This document shows, piece by piece, positions 1 through 9,505 of a stretch of DNA of 64,000 nucleotides. The notes under the pieces are model-generated. The model ran no database searches and was not told the origin of the DNA. It worked only from the letters and a program-made list of their open reading frames with translations. Every line of letters begins with the position of its first letter. Position 1 is the first letter of the stretch. The translations under genes were made by a program, and so were the position numbers. Location of the stretch: positions 165,484 through 229,483 of the forward strand of contig JBAXLJ010000001.1 of NCBI GenBank assembly GCA_037134915.1, given 5' to 3'. Origin of the DNA: Candidatus Falkowbacteria bacterium (GTDB taxonomy: Bacteria; Patescibacteriota; Patescibacteriia; Patescibacteriales; UBA12465).

Positions 1-150
1 AATCTTATTCGGGAAATATTTTATTTCTTGTCAGCGACTCTGATTTTATTTTTGGTATCAGAGATTTTTTGGCCTGGTAGTATTTTGTTTTATCTAAACA
101 TCAATTATTTGATTGCCATCTGGATTATTACGTGGTTGATTTTGTTATAA
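1..150 (+). CDS. C-terminal fragment of a membrane protein (5' end outside window)
   Basis: Frame 1 is open from the window edge to TAA at 148-150. The translation is strongly hydrophobic (…FYFLSATLILFLVSEIFWPGSILFYLNINYLIAIWIITWLILL). Confidence 0.3.
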   Translation, partial: NLIREIFYFLSATLILFLVSEIFWPGSILFYLNINYLIAIWIITWLILL

Positions 151-153
151 TCT

Positions 154-867
154 ATGTATAATAATGAAAAAATTATTGCCGTCTTACCGGCTTATAACGC
201 CGCTAAAACTTTAGAAAAAACCATCCGCGAAATTCCGGATATTTTTGATGAAATAATTTTAGTTGATGATGCTAGTTCTGATAACACGGTAGCGCTAGCT
301 CAGAGTCTCGGGTTGTTTGTGGTTTGCCATAGTCAAAATAAAGGTTATGGTGGCAATCAAAAGACTTGTTACACGACTGCCCTGAGCCACGGCGCCAAGG
401 TGGTGGTGATGATTCACCCAGACTATCAGTATGATCCGAAGTTAGCTCGTTATTTTGCCGAGTATATCGTCGATGGTTATTTTGATGTAGTTTTAGGAAA
501 CAGGATTAGATCGCGGCGTGAATCTTTAAAGGGTGGCATGCCGGCCTATAAGTATTTTTTTAACCGCCTCTTAACCTTATTTGAAAATATCGTTAGTGGT
601 CAGAATTTAGGTGAATGGCATAGTGGGATGCGAGCCTATTCAAGGGAAGTTTTGGAAAATATTAATTGGCGGGACAATTCTGATGATTTTGTTTTTGATA
701 GCCAGATGCTCTTTAGAGTCATTGCTCACAATTTTAGAATTGGTGAGGTGCCAGTGCCGGTAGTTTATTTTAAAGAAGCGTCTTCAATTAATTTAAAAAG
801 AAGTCTGAAATATGGCGCTCAAACTGTCTGGTGTGGCTTTAAATATCTATTCGGTTCTTGGCGATAA
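154..867 (+). CDS. Family 2 (GT-A) glycosyltransferase, polyprenol-phosphate sugar synthase-like
   Basis: The N-terminus [17 protein letters not shown]…[11 protein letters not shown] is the classic GT2 nucleotide-sugar binding region. It sits directly upstream of a GT-C-like membrane protein. Confidence 0.8.
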   Translation: MYNNEKIIAVLPAYNAAKTLEKTIREIPDIFDEIILVDDASSDNTVALAQSLGLFVVCHSQNKGYGGNQKTCYTTALSHGAKVVVMIHPDYQYDPKLARYFAEYIVDGYFDVVLGNRIRSRRESLKGGMPAYKYFFNRLLTLFENIVSGQNLGEWHSGMRAYSREVLENINWRDNSDDFVFDSQMLFRVIAHNFRIGEVPVPVVYFKEASSINLKRSLKYGAQTVWCGFKYLFGSWR

Positions 868-870
868 TCT

Positions 871-2418
871 ATGAAATTAAGTTTAAATTTTAAGAAAATC
901 TGGCCTTATCTTACACTGATTATTTTGGGTTTTTTATTATATTGTCAAACCCTGGCTTTCTCTTATTCTTATTTGGATGATAATAATTTAATTTTAGACA
1001 ATCAAAAAATTTTGCATGAGGCTGGACTGGCTAAGATTTTTACGTCCGATGTTTTCTTTTATGGTGCTGGGAATGGTTTTTATTATCGCCCCTTGCTAAA
1101 CGTTTCTTTTCTGCTAGATTCTTTATTTGGTGGCACCAACCCATTTTTCTTTCATCTGACTAATCTGATCCTTCATTTAATAGCGGCCTGCTTGGTTTTT
1201 TTGGTTTTTAAAAAATATTTTTTATCCAGAGAAACATCTTATTTTTTGGCCCTAGTTTTTTTGACTCACCCGGTTTTGTCACAAGCAGTGGCTTGGATTC
1301 CGGGACGCAACGACTCTCTTCTAACAATTTTTGTTCTCGCTTCTTTTTATTTTTTTCTAAAGTTTTTAAGAAATGATAAAATTGCCTATTTATGGGGTCA
1401 TATCGTATTCTTTACCCTAGCCCTATTTGTTAAAGAAACGGCGGTTTTTTTGCCGCTGGTCTGTTTGATCTATTACTTTTTATCTGATTATAAATTTTCC
1501 AAAGAAAATCGCCAAGATAACTTTTTATTGACGCTCGCTCTTTGGTTTGGTGCCGCTCTCGTTTGGTATCTTTTTAGAACAGTTTCTTTGCCGGATAACT
1601 CTTTAAGTAATTTGGCTTTAGTCGGTTGGCATAATTTAGGGGCAGTTCTAATTTATTTTGGTAAAATTATTTTACCTTTTAATTTGGGTGTCTACCCCAC
1701 CATGAAAGATTCCTTTTACCAACCGGGCGCTTTAGCTTTCTTAATCTTTTGTTTAGCTCTTTATTTCACACCTAAGTTAAATTGGCGCCGCTTTAGTTTT
1801 GGCTTATTATGGTTTATTATTTTTTTAATTCCTACTCTGCTTAATTCCGATCCGAGCCTGGAGCACCGTCTTTATTTACCGCTTATCGGCTTGCTTCTTT
1901 GTCTTTCAGAAATTTACCCCTTACGTGATGTTTCTTGGTCAAAGAAACTACCAAAAATAATGGCGGCAGTAATTATTATTATTTTAGCTAGCTTAACTTT
2001 GGTCCACTGCCGTCACTTTTCAGATCGGATTAGTTTTTGGTCGGAGGCGGTTTTAAACTCCCCTCACTCGGCGTTTGTTCATAATAATTTAGGGGCGATG
2101 TATTATTTAGCTGGCGATTTATCTAAAGCTAAGACACAATATCAGGAAGCCTTAAAACTAGATCCGAAGCAAAATCTCGTTCATAATAATTTGGGTTTAA
2201 TTGCGGCCAGCGCTAAAGATTTCCGCGAGGCGGAAAGTGAGTATAGACAAGAATTAGAAATTAACCCCGGTTATGATAACGCTTGGGCTAATCTAGGAAT
2301 TTTATATTTTAATTTAAAGCGCCTGTCTGAAGCTAAGGCGGCTTTTGCCGAGGCTTACCGGCTCAACCCCAATAATCAGCAAGCTTATAATAGTTTGCGT
2401 ATTTTAGGTGCTAACTGA
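871..2418 (+). CDS. Polytopic membrane protein (GT-C/PMT-like) with C-terminal TPR repeats
   Basis: About 10 hydrophobic helices are followed by three TPR-like repeats (NLGAMYYLAGDLSKAKTQYQEALKLDP, NLGLIAASAKDFREAESEYRQELEINP, NLGILYFNLKRLSEAKAAFAEAYRLNP). The start lies 4 nt after the GT2 gene. Confidence 0.6.
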   Translation: MKLSLNFKKIWPYLTLIILGFLLYCQTLAFSYSYLDDNNLILDNQKILHEAGLAKIFTSDVFFYGAGNGFYYRPLLNVSFLLDSLFGGTNPFFFHLTNLILHLIAACLVFLVFKKYFLSRETSYFLALVFLTHPVLSQAVAWIPGRNDSLLTIFVLASFYFFLKFLRNDKIAYLWGHIVFFTLALFVKETAVFLPLVCLIYYFLSDYKFSKENRQDNFLLTLALWFGAALVWYLFRTVSLPDNSLSNLALVGWHNLGAVLIYFGKIILPFNLGVYPTMKDSFYQPGALAFLIFCLALYFTPKLNWRRFSFGLLWFIIFLIPTLLNSDPSLEHRLYLPLIGLLLCLSEIYPLRDVSWSKKLPKIMAAVIIIILASLTLVHCRHFSDRISFWSEAVLNSPHSAFVHNNLGAMYYLAGDLSKAKTQYQEALKLDPKQNLVHNNLGLIAASAKDFREAESEYRQELEINPGYDNAWANLGILYFNLKRLSEAKAAFAEAYRLNPNNQQAYNSLRILGAN

Positions 2419-2431
2419 TAGAATAAAAAGT

Positions 2432-4063
2432 ATGTGGAAAAGAATTTTTAAACAAAAAGTTAATAGTATCGCCGTGGCCGCTGTTTTAGTGGCCGCTTCT
2501 TCGCTTATTTCGCGATTATTAGGCGTTTTTCGTGATAGAATCTTAGCCAGTCAATTCGGCGCTGGACCACAGCTGGATATTTATTATGCGGCTTTTAGAG
2601 TTCCTGACTTGTTATTCAATTTGATAGTTTTAGGGGCGCTTTCGGCCGGGTTTATCCCAATTTTTAGCGGCTTGGTAAAAAACTTTAGCAATCCTAAGAA
2701 AACTGAAGATAATGCCGCGGCTTGGAGTTTGGCGGCTAATGTCATTAATTTACTTTCAGTTTTTTTGGTATTTTTTTCTTTTGTCGGGATTTTATTCGCT
2801 CCGCTTTTAGTAAAACTGATTACCCCTGGATTTTCGGCTGACTCTCAAGCGGCCACAGCCTCGTTAACGCGGATTATGTTTTTATCGCCTTTGTTCTTAG
2901 GAATTTCCGGCGTTTTAGGCGGCATGCTCCAGTCTTTTAGGCGTTTTTTTATTTATTCACTGGCGCCGATTTTTTATAATTTAGGAATTATTGCGGGGAC
3001 TATTTGGTTCTCAAGTTGGTGGGGTTTACCGGGTTTGGCTTGGGGGGTAGTTTTGGGCGCTTTACTTCATATGCTGATTCAGATTCCGGCGGTTTACGCC
3101 TTGGGTTTTCGTTATTCTTTTAAAATAAATTTTAAGGATCAAGCGGCTAGGCGCATTGGACGCTTAATGATTCCTCGAACTTTAAGTTTAGCTATTACGC
3201 AGATTGATTTACTGGTGACGACAATTATTGCCTCCGGTTTAACAGCGGGGTCACTAACAGTTTTTAATCTGGCTAATAATTTACAATCTTTTCCAGTGGG
3301 AATTTTCGGGGTTTCATTTGCGATTGCTGCTTTTCCGACTTTGTCTCAGGTGGCTTTTAATAAGGAACAGCTTGAGGCTAGTTTTTCTTCAACTCTGCGC
3401 CAGATTCTGTTCTTTGTCATCCCGGCTACCGTTTTTCTAATTACTTTAAGAGCGCAAATTATTCGAGTCGTTTTAGGTGCCGGAGTCTTCGGTTGGCAGG
3501 ATACAATTTTAACCATGAATACCTTAGCTTTATTTTCTATTAGTTTGTTCGCTCAAGCGTCCATTCCTTTAATTGTTAGAGTTTTTTACGCCCGACATGA
3601 TTCTAAAACGCCATTTTACCTGGGAATGTTCACTGTGGCCGCTGATATTATCTTATGTTTAATATTATCCCGAAAGATGGGGGTCACCGGTTTAGCTTTA
3701 GCTTACTCTATTTCTAATATTTTAAACTTTTTATTACTGTGGACTTGGCTACATTTTACTATTGGTGGTTTAGGCATAAGTAAGATTGTCCGATCAGCGA
3801 TTAAGTTATCACTGGCAACTATTGGCGCCGGGCTCAGCATCCAACTGATGAAAATAGCGGTTTTGCCTTTTATTGATATGACAAAATTCTCTGGAGTTTT
3901 TATCCAGTTAATTGTGGCAGCCACCGCCGGCGGGCTAGCCTATCTCTTATTATGCTATCTTTTAGGGAGTGAAGAACTGATCACTTTCATCAACTCGATT
4001 AGACGTCACCGGCCTGTTAAAACGACAGAGCTAGAAGACTCGGATGAGGCTCGGGGGCTCTAG
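2432..4063 (+). CDS. murJ: Lipid II flippase MurJ/MviN
   Basis: Typical MurJ N-terminus (SRLLGVFRDRILASQFGAG…DIYYAAFRVPDLLFNL) with about 14 TM helices. I chose ATG 2432; the ORF track starts at GTG 2408. Confidence 0.85.
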   Translation: MWKRIFKQKVNSIAVAAVLVAASSLISRLLGVFRDRILASQFGAGPQLDIYYAAFRVPDLLFNLIVLGALSAGFIPIFSGLVKNFSNPKKTEDNAAAWSLAANVINLLSVFLVFFSFVGILFAPLLVKLITPGFSADSQAATASLTRIMFLSPLFLGISGVLGGMLQSFRRFFIYSLAPIFYNLGIIAGTIWFSSWWGLPGLAWGVVLGALLHMLIQIPAVYALGFRYSFKINFKDQAARRIGRLMIPRTLSLAITQIDLLVTTIIASGLTAGSLTVFNLANNLQSFPVGIFGVSFAIAAFPTLSQVAFNKEQLEASFSSTLRQILFFVIPATVFLITLRAQIIRVVLGAGVFGWQDTILTMNTLALFSISLFAQASIPLIVRVFYARHDSKTPFYLGMFTVAADIILCLILSRKMGVTGLALAYSISNILNFLLLWTWLHFTIGGLGISKIVRSAIKLSLATIGAGLSIQLMKIAVLPFIDMTKFSGVFIQLIVAATAGGLAYLLLCYLLGSEELITFINSIRRHRPVKTTELEDSDEARGL

Positions 4064-4107
4064 TTTTTTAATTGACCGACATAGTAAAATCAAGTAAGAT
4101 AAAAACG

Positions 4108-5931
4108 ATGAATAACCAAGATAAAATTAGAAATTTTTGTGTAATTGCCCATATTGATCACGGAAAATCAACCCTGGCTGATCGGATGCTGGAAATTACC
4201 GGTACGGTTGAAAAGCGTAATATGAAGGCTCAGCTTTTGGATGGGATGGATATTGAACGTGAACGCGGGATTACAATTAAGCTGCAACCGGTAACTATGA
4301 GTTATCAGGGGTATCAGCTTAATTTGATTGACACTCCGGGTCATGTCGATTTCTCCTATGAAGTTTCTCGGTCGTTAGCGGCGGTAGAAACAGCCGTCTT
4401 GCTGGTTGACTGCACTCAAGGTATCCAGGCGCAAACTCTGGCTAATTTGTATTTGGCCTTGGAGCAAGATTTAACGATAATTCCGGTCGTTAATAAAATT
4501 GATTTACCAGCGGCTGACATTGTTAAAACTAAGGCAGAAATTATTAAATTATTAGGTTGCCGCGAAGAAGAAATAATCTGTTCTTCCGGAAAAACTGGTG
4601 AGGGTGTTGCTGAGGTTTTGCAAGCGGTTATTGATTATGGCCATAGTCCTAAATCATTAGTTGGTGAAGAAAAGCAAGACTACCCCCGAGCTTTGATTTT
4701 TGATTCAAAATACGATGAGTACAAAGGCGTGGTCGCTTATGTCAGAATTTTTGATGGTCATATAAAAAAGGGTGACAAAATTAAATTAATGGCGACCGAT
4801 GTCACGAGTGAAGTTTTAGATATTGGCATTTTTAAACCGGATTATTTTTCAACCGGCGAACTTAAAAGCGGGGAAATTGGCTATATTGTGACCGGTTTTA
4901 AACAAGTCGGTGAGTGTCGTGTTGGTGACACAATGACTGCTAATATTGGGGTTTCTCATTCTTTGCAAATTAAACCGCTCGCTGGTTATAAAGAAGTGAA
5001 ACCGATGGTCTTTGCGGGGATTTTTCCTAGCGAAGGTGATAATCTGCAAAACTTACGCGACGCCATGGAAAAGCTAAAATTAAATGACGCGGCCCTAGTT
5101 TACGAACCAGAACAATCAGATGCTATTGGTGTGGGGTTTCGTTGCGGTTTTTTAGGTCTGCTTCATCTGGAAATTTTCCAAGAACGTTTGCGTCGGGAAT
5201 ACAACTTAGATTTAATTGTCACGGTTCCAAGTGTGGCTTATAAAGTTTATAAAAAGGGCGGTGAAGAGCTGATTGTGCGGACACCGCAGAGACTACCAGA
5301 CCCTAATGCGATTGAATCGATTGAAGAGCCGATTGTTACTTTAGATATTATTACCCCTAAAAATTATTTAGGCGGTATTATGAAAGTGACTCAAGAAAAA
5401 CGGGGTAATTATAAAAACACCGAATACATTTCCGTGGATAGTGACGACGCGCGCGTGATTTTACATTATGACATTCCGATGTCGGCCATTTTAACTGATT
5501 ACTATGATAAGATAAAAAGTGTTTCCGCAGGCTACGCCTCGATTAATTATGAATTTTTAGAATACCGTCCGGCCGATGTGGTTAAAATGGATATTATGGT
5601 TGCCGAAGAGCCCGTTGAATCGCTCGCCACTATTGTTTACCGTGATGATGCTTCAAGGCAAGGACGGGAAGTGGTGGAAATTTTAAAGAAAACTATTCCG
5701 CGAGAAATGTTTGTCATTAAATTGCAGGCAGCTATTGGCGGCAAGGTGGTGGCGGCAGAAAGAATTAGTGCTATGCGTAAGGATGTGACCGCGAAATTAT
5801 ATGGCGGGGATGTGACTCGAAAAAATAAATTACTGGATAAACAGAAAAAAGGTAAGAAAAAAATGATGGCGATGGGTCGGGGGCGCGTCGATATTCCGCC
5901 TGATACTTTTATTAAAATTTTAAAAAGATAA
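4108..5931 (+). CDS. lepA: Elongation factor 4 (LepA)
   Basis: GTPase motifs AHIDHGKST, DTPGHVDF and NKID, plus the LepA-specific C-terminus (…KLLDKQKKGKKKMMAMGRGRVDIPPDTFIKILK). I prefer ATG 4108 to the TTG at 4072. Confidence 0.9.
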   Translation: MNNQDKIRNFCVIAHIDHGKSTLADRMLEITGTVEKRNMKAQLLDGMDIERERGITIKLQPVTMSYQGYQLNLIDTPGHVDFSYEVSRSLAAVETAVLLVDCTQGIQAQTLANLYLALEQDLTIIPVVNKIDLPAADIVKTKAEIIKLLGCREEEIICSSGKTGEGVAEVLQAVIDYGHSPKSLVGEEKQDYPRALIFDSKYDEYKGVVAYVRIFDGHIKKGDKIKLMATDVTSEVLDIGIFKPDYFSTGELKSGEIGYIVTGFKQVGECRVGDTMTANIGVSHSLQIKPLAGYKEVKPMVFAGIFPSEGDNLQNLRDAMEKLKLNDAALVYEPEQSDAIGVGFRCGFLGLLHLEIFQERLRREYNLDLIVTVPSVAYKVYKKGGEELIVRTPQRLPDPNAIESIEEPIVTLDIITPKNYLGGIMKVTQEKRGNYKNTEYISVDSDDARVILHYDIPMSAILTDYYDKIKSVSAGYASINYEFLEYRPADVVKMDIMVAEEPVESLATIVYRDDASRQGREVVEILKKTIPREMFVIKLQAAIGGKVVAAERISAMRKDVTAKLYGGDVTRKNKLLDKQKKGKKKMMAMGRGRVDIPPDTFIKILKR

Positions 5932-5953
5932 TTTTTTAAATGAGTTAACTATT

Positions 5954-6055
5954 ATGAAAAGAAAAAAAGTAATTAAAATTTTTTGGATCATCATTTCTTC
6001 AATGGTTATTGTTTCAATGATGGCTTTATCCTTAGGTTCTATTTTGTTTAATTAA
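5954..6055 (+). CDS. Possible 33-aa single-pass membrane peptide (not in the ORF track)
   Basis: ATG 5954 to TAA 6053-6055 translates as MKRKKVIKIFWIISSMVIVSMMALSLGSILFN, a basic N-terminus followed by one hydrophobic helix. It fills the lepA-recJ gap. Confidence 0.25.
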   Translation: MKRKKVIKIFWIIISSMVIVSMMALSLGSILFN

Positions 6056-6079
6056 TCAATTCGTTTAACCTATTATCCT

Positions 6080-7894
6080 ATGAAGCAATGGCAATTATAT
6101 CCCGCTGCACCCGAGGAATTTTTAATTAGTCGTCCGGATTTGTCGCCGCTTGTTTTACAGCTTTTGTATAACCGCGGACTAAAGGAGTTCTCGGCTTTAG
6201 AGGCCTTTTTACACGACATCTTGCCACTTGATAAGACCTTAGATATTGCTGGTGTTTCTGATTTACGTTTCTATGATCCGTTTTTATTCAAAAATATGGC
6301 CGCGGCGGTCGACTTGATTATTGCAAATATTAAAACTGGCAATAAGATTGTAGTTTATGGTGATTATGACGCTGATGGCGTTACTTCATCGGTTATCTTA
6401 CTGGAAACTCTAAAAATACTGCAGGCTAAAGTGGAGGTTTACTTACCGGATCGCGTCACTGAAGGTTATGGTTTAAATCGCATTGCCATTGACCAAATCG
6501 CTGAGCAGGGTTTTTCCCTGGTGATTACTGTTGATAATGGGATTAGAAATAAAGAAGAAGTTGAATATGCCAAGAGTAAGGGGCTTGAAGTCATTATTAC
6601 CGACCATCATATTTTGCCAGAATTAGCTTCCGACTTACCACCTTGTCTGATTATTAATCCAGCTGATAAAAATGATTCCTATGCTTGGCCTTATTTGGCT
6701 GGCGTCGGAGTTTCTTTCAAATTGGTTAGCGCCTTGGTGCATAAATCTAATTTGCCTTTAAACCAGAAGCGCCTCATTATGGAAAAAAGTTTAGATTTAG
6801 TGGCTGTTGGCACTATCGCCGACATGGTTAGTCTGTTAGGGGAAAATAGATTACTCGTTAAACGCGGTTTACAACTTTTAAACCAAGGTAAGAGACAAGG
6901 CTTAAATGAACTGGTTAAAATTTCTAAAAGTAACGGCAATAAAAAATTAGAAGCCTGGAATGTTGGTTGGCAAATCGGCCCGCGTCTTAACGCGGCGAGT
7001 CGCATTGGACATGCTAATAGTGCTTTTGCTCTACTTACGGCCGAAACTGAAGCTAGCGCTTTTGAGCTAGCCGCGGAACTTAATCAGCGCAATTTAGAGC
7101 GTCAGAAAATTACGGAAGAGATCATTTCTCAAGTAGAATTACAAATTGATCCTAAAAATATTCCTCCGATTATTATCGGTTTAGCGGCCAAAGACCAGTC
7201 CTGGAATGAAGGCGTTATCGGCTTAGTGGCTGGTCGAATTTGTGAAAAATATTATCGCCCGACTTTAATTATTACGAGAATTACCGAGAGTGTCACTGAG
7301 GGGGCGAAAACACTACCAAAAACATCCTTTAAATCCTCTGGACGTTCAATTGAAGATTTGAATTTGATTGCTAGTATCTCTGAAGCTTCGGAATTTTTAG
7401 ATAAGTACGGCGGACATCCGATGGCTTGTGGTTTTTCTGTGGAAAGTGAAGAGCGCTTAGAAAAGTTTATTGAAAAAATTAAAAGCATTGCCGCTGAAAA
7501 ATTAGCTGGCAAAGAACTTTCGCCACGATTACGCATTGAATCAGAATTAAAAATTGAAAATGTTAATTTAGATTTAGCGGAAGAAATTTTAACTTTGGCT
7601 CCTTATGGTCAAAATAATCCCCAGCCAAAATTTGTCAGTTATAATCTGCGGGTTGATGAAATTATGACTCTAGGTTTTGATAGTCAGCATATAAAATTTC
7701 GTTTGTCACCAAGCGATCGAGCCTTTGCTAAAGGTATTTGGGCAATTTCTTTTGGTTCCGCTCAAGAATATAAGGCGGTTTGCGTTGGTGATTTAGTCGA
7801 CGCTGTTTATTATTTGGATATTAATGATTTTAATGGCCGGCGCGAAGCTCAACTGCGTTTAGTTGATCTGCGACCAGCTAAAGAAAATAATTAA
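6080..7894 (+). CDS. recJ: Single-stranded-DNA-specific exonuclease RecJ
   Basis: DHH family motifs VVYGDYDADGVTS, VDNG and ITDHH, followed by a DHHA1-like GGHPMACG. Confidence 0.85.
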   Translation: MKQWQLYPAAPEEFLISRPDLSPLVLQLLYNRGLKEFSALEAFLHDILPLDKTLDIAGVSDLRFYDPFLFKNMAAAVDLIIANIKTGNKIVVYGDYDADGVTSSVILLETLKILQAKVEVYLPDRVTEGYGLNRIAIDQIAEQGFSLVITVDNGIRNKEEVEYAKSKGLEVIITDHHILPELASDLPPCLIINPADKNDSYAWPYLAGVGVSFKLVSALVHKSNLPLNQKRLIMEKSLDLVAVGTIADMVSLLGENRLLVKRGLQLLNQGKRQGLNELVKISKSNGNKKLEAWNVGWQIGPRLNAASRIGHANSAFALLTAETEASAFELAAELNQRNLERQKITEEIISQVELQIDPKNIPPIIIGLAAKDQSWNEGVIGLVAGRICEKYYRPTLIITRITESVTEGAKTLPKTSFKSSGRSIEDLNLIASISEASEFLDKYGGHPMACGFSVESEERLEKFIEKIKSIAAEKLAGKELSPRLRIESELKIENVNLDLAEEILTLAPYGQNNPQPKFVSYNLRVDEIMTLGFDSQHIKFRLSPSDRAFAKGIWAISFGSAQEYKAVCVGDLVDAVYYLDINDFNGRREAQLRLVDLRPAKENN

Positions 7895-7898
7895 TTAT

Positions 7899-8306
7899 AT
7901 GGCTAAGATAATTATTCATAGTGACGGCGGTGCGCGCGGTAATCCTGGTCCGGCTGGTATCGGGGCCGTTTTAAATAATGAAGCGGGCACAGTTTTAGCT
8001 GAAATTTCTAAATACCTGGGTGAAACAACTAATAATCAAGCTGAGTATCAGGCTTTAATCGCTGGTCTTGAAAAAGCCAAAGAACTTAAGGCTCAGGAGC
8101 TTGATTGTTATTTAGATAGTGAATTAGTAGTTAAGCAACTTAACCATGAATATAAAGTTAAGAATGCTGAGCTCGCCCCTCTGTTTTTAAAAGTTTATAA
8201 TTTGTCGTTATCTTTTAAAAAAATAAAATTTATTCATATCCGCCGCGAACTGAACAAGGAAGCTGATAAACTGGCTAATGAAGCAATGGATCGCGGTGTC
8301 AACTAG
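7899..8306 (+). CDS. rnhA: Ribonuclease H (type 1, RNase HI-like)
   Basis: IHSDGGARGNPGPAGIG…NNQAEYQALIAGLE…DSELVVKQL…NKEADKLAN carries the DEDD catalytic signature. ATG 7899 avoids a long overlap with recJ. Confidence 0.8.
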   Translation: MAKIIIHSDGGARGNPGPAGIGAVLNNEAGTVLAEISKYLGETTNNQAEYQALIAGLEKAKELKAQELDCYLDSELVVKQLNHEYKVKNAELAPLFLKVYNLSLSFKKIKFIHIRRELNKEADKLANEAMDRGVN

Positions 8307-8321
8307 AAGTTGAAGTTATAA

Positions 8322-8356
8322 AAAACAACTCTTTTAATTAAAGAGTTGTTTTTTAT
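8322..8356. terminator. Bidirectional hairpin terminator between convergent rnhA and the pilin-3D gene
   Basis: aaaaacaactcttt-aatt-aaagagttgttttt is a perfect stem flanked by A-runs and T-runs on both strands. Confidence 0.6.
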
Positions 8357-9505
8357 TTATTGACATTTTCCTTTGGTTAAAATTCCGACTCCAGTTTGAG
8401 AATTAGCAATTTGTAAATTATTACCACTCCAGATATCAATTCTCTTGCCTTGAATGCCGCCGCCCGAATCAGTTACATGGTAAGTTGAGCCTTTAAAACA
8501 AACGTAGGAACCAAAAGGTAGATTAGAACACTTTGGTCCGGCAATGTCGCCAATTTGCGGCTCAGAACCAGAGGCGGTCATATTACAATATTTAGTGTCA
8601 GCATCAAATGGTTTACAGGGGTGATAATTGGGAAAAGTTTTACCGTATAAATTATCACAATTCTGGGTTAAATCTCGACCATTAGGACAACTGCATTGCA
8701 TCGCCACGATGCATAAAAAATTAGGGTCGCTAGGGTTATAGGCAGGTTTATAATAGCCCGTGGCATAGAACTCTACTCCTTTAGCCAGCTCATCATCGGA
8801 AGCACAGTTAGCATTTTTAAAAGTTTCCGCTTTTGAACTGTTTCTGGTTTCAGCTAAACTTTCGAGACTAATCTTGGTTAGATAATCCAGAGAGATAGCT
8901 TTTTTTTTGATTAGTTCGGGGTTAATGTAGCTTAATAATAGATTCATAGAAACCATTAGTAATAGTCCGGTGATACTGCCAGCAATCATGCTTTTAGCTT
9001 TGTTTATTTTACCACTGTCGCCACCAGAGACAATCCACAATAAACCAGCGGCCATCAGAATGAGCACTGCAATAATACCAACCACCGTCAAGCCATAAGT
9101 ATAGATAGCGAAAATATATTCCGAGATCCAAGGAATCTCGCAGGTAGTGGTGCAGTTGACGGTGCTTAATTTAGCGAGTCCAGGTATTGGAACTTGAAAG
9201 ACAAAATCGGGCATTTTAAATTTTGGTTCCGATTGGCTACTAGCCGGAATGGCACAGCAGCAAACGTGGCTAATCTGGCCACTTATTTGTCCGGGATTTG
9301 TGACTCCATCAGCTGGTTTAGGAGCTAAGCATTTATCGTCGCCAGCTAAATTGCTGTTAGCCGGGCAACCAGTAATTGAAGGCGTCGGCAAGACGGCCGG
9401 ATATCGTATTTGCTCCGTCCAACTACAAGTCGCTGCCAAGGTCTCTTGGCCAATAAAAAATGACAAGGAACTGATGAGTAATAATTTGAGCAGCTTATTC
9501 TTCAT
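8357..9505 (-). CDS. Secreted cysteine-rich protein: VirB2/TrbC-like pilin domain fused to a C-terminal 3D (MltA/RlpA-like) domain
   Basis: A signal peptide is followed by a two-helix pilin-like core (YTYGLTVVGIIAVLILMAAGLLWIVSGGDSGKINKAKSMIAGSITGLLLMVSMNLLLSYINP). The C-terminus FYATGYY…TYHVTDSGGGIQGKRIDIWSG resembles 3D-domain cell-wall-binding/lytic proteins. Confidence 0.6.
   Translation of the reverse strand: MKNKLLKLLLISSLSFFIGQETLAATCSWTEQIRYPAVLPTPSITGCPANSNLAGDDKCLAPKPADGVTNPGQISGQISHVCCCAIPASSQSEPKFKMPDFVFQVPIPGLAKLSTVNCTTTCEIPWISEYIFAIYTYGLTVVGIIAVLILMAAGLLWIVSGGDSGKINKAKSMIAGSITGLLLMVSMNLLLSYINPELIKKKAISLDYLTKISLESLAETRNSSKAETFKNANCASDDELAKGVEFYATGYYKPAYNPSDPNFLCIVAMQCSCPNGRDLTQNCDNLYGKTFPNYHPCKPFDADTKYCNMTASGSEPQIGDIAGPKCSNLPFGSYVCFKGSTYHVTDSGGGIQGKRIDIWSGNNLQIANSQTGVGILTKGKCQ

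Noticed and set aside
2408-4108. Upstream GTG/TTG starts proposed by the ORF track for murJ (2408), lepA (4072), rnhA (7863), the Tsp3 protein (17431), the pilin-like gene (11454) and the P-loop protein (61935).
   Set aside because: Internal ATG starts give N-termini that match the conserved family starts or signal peptides, and they remove long overlaps with upstream genes. The choice remains uncertain without ribosome-binding-site models or N-terminal proteomics.
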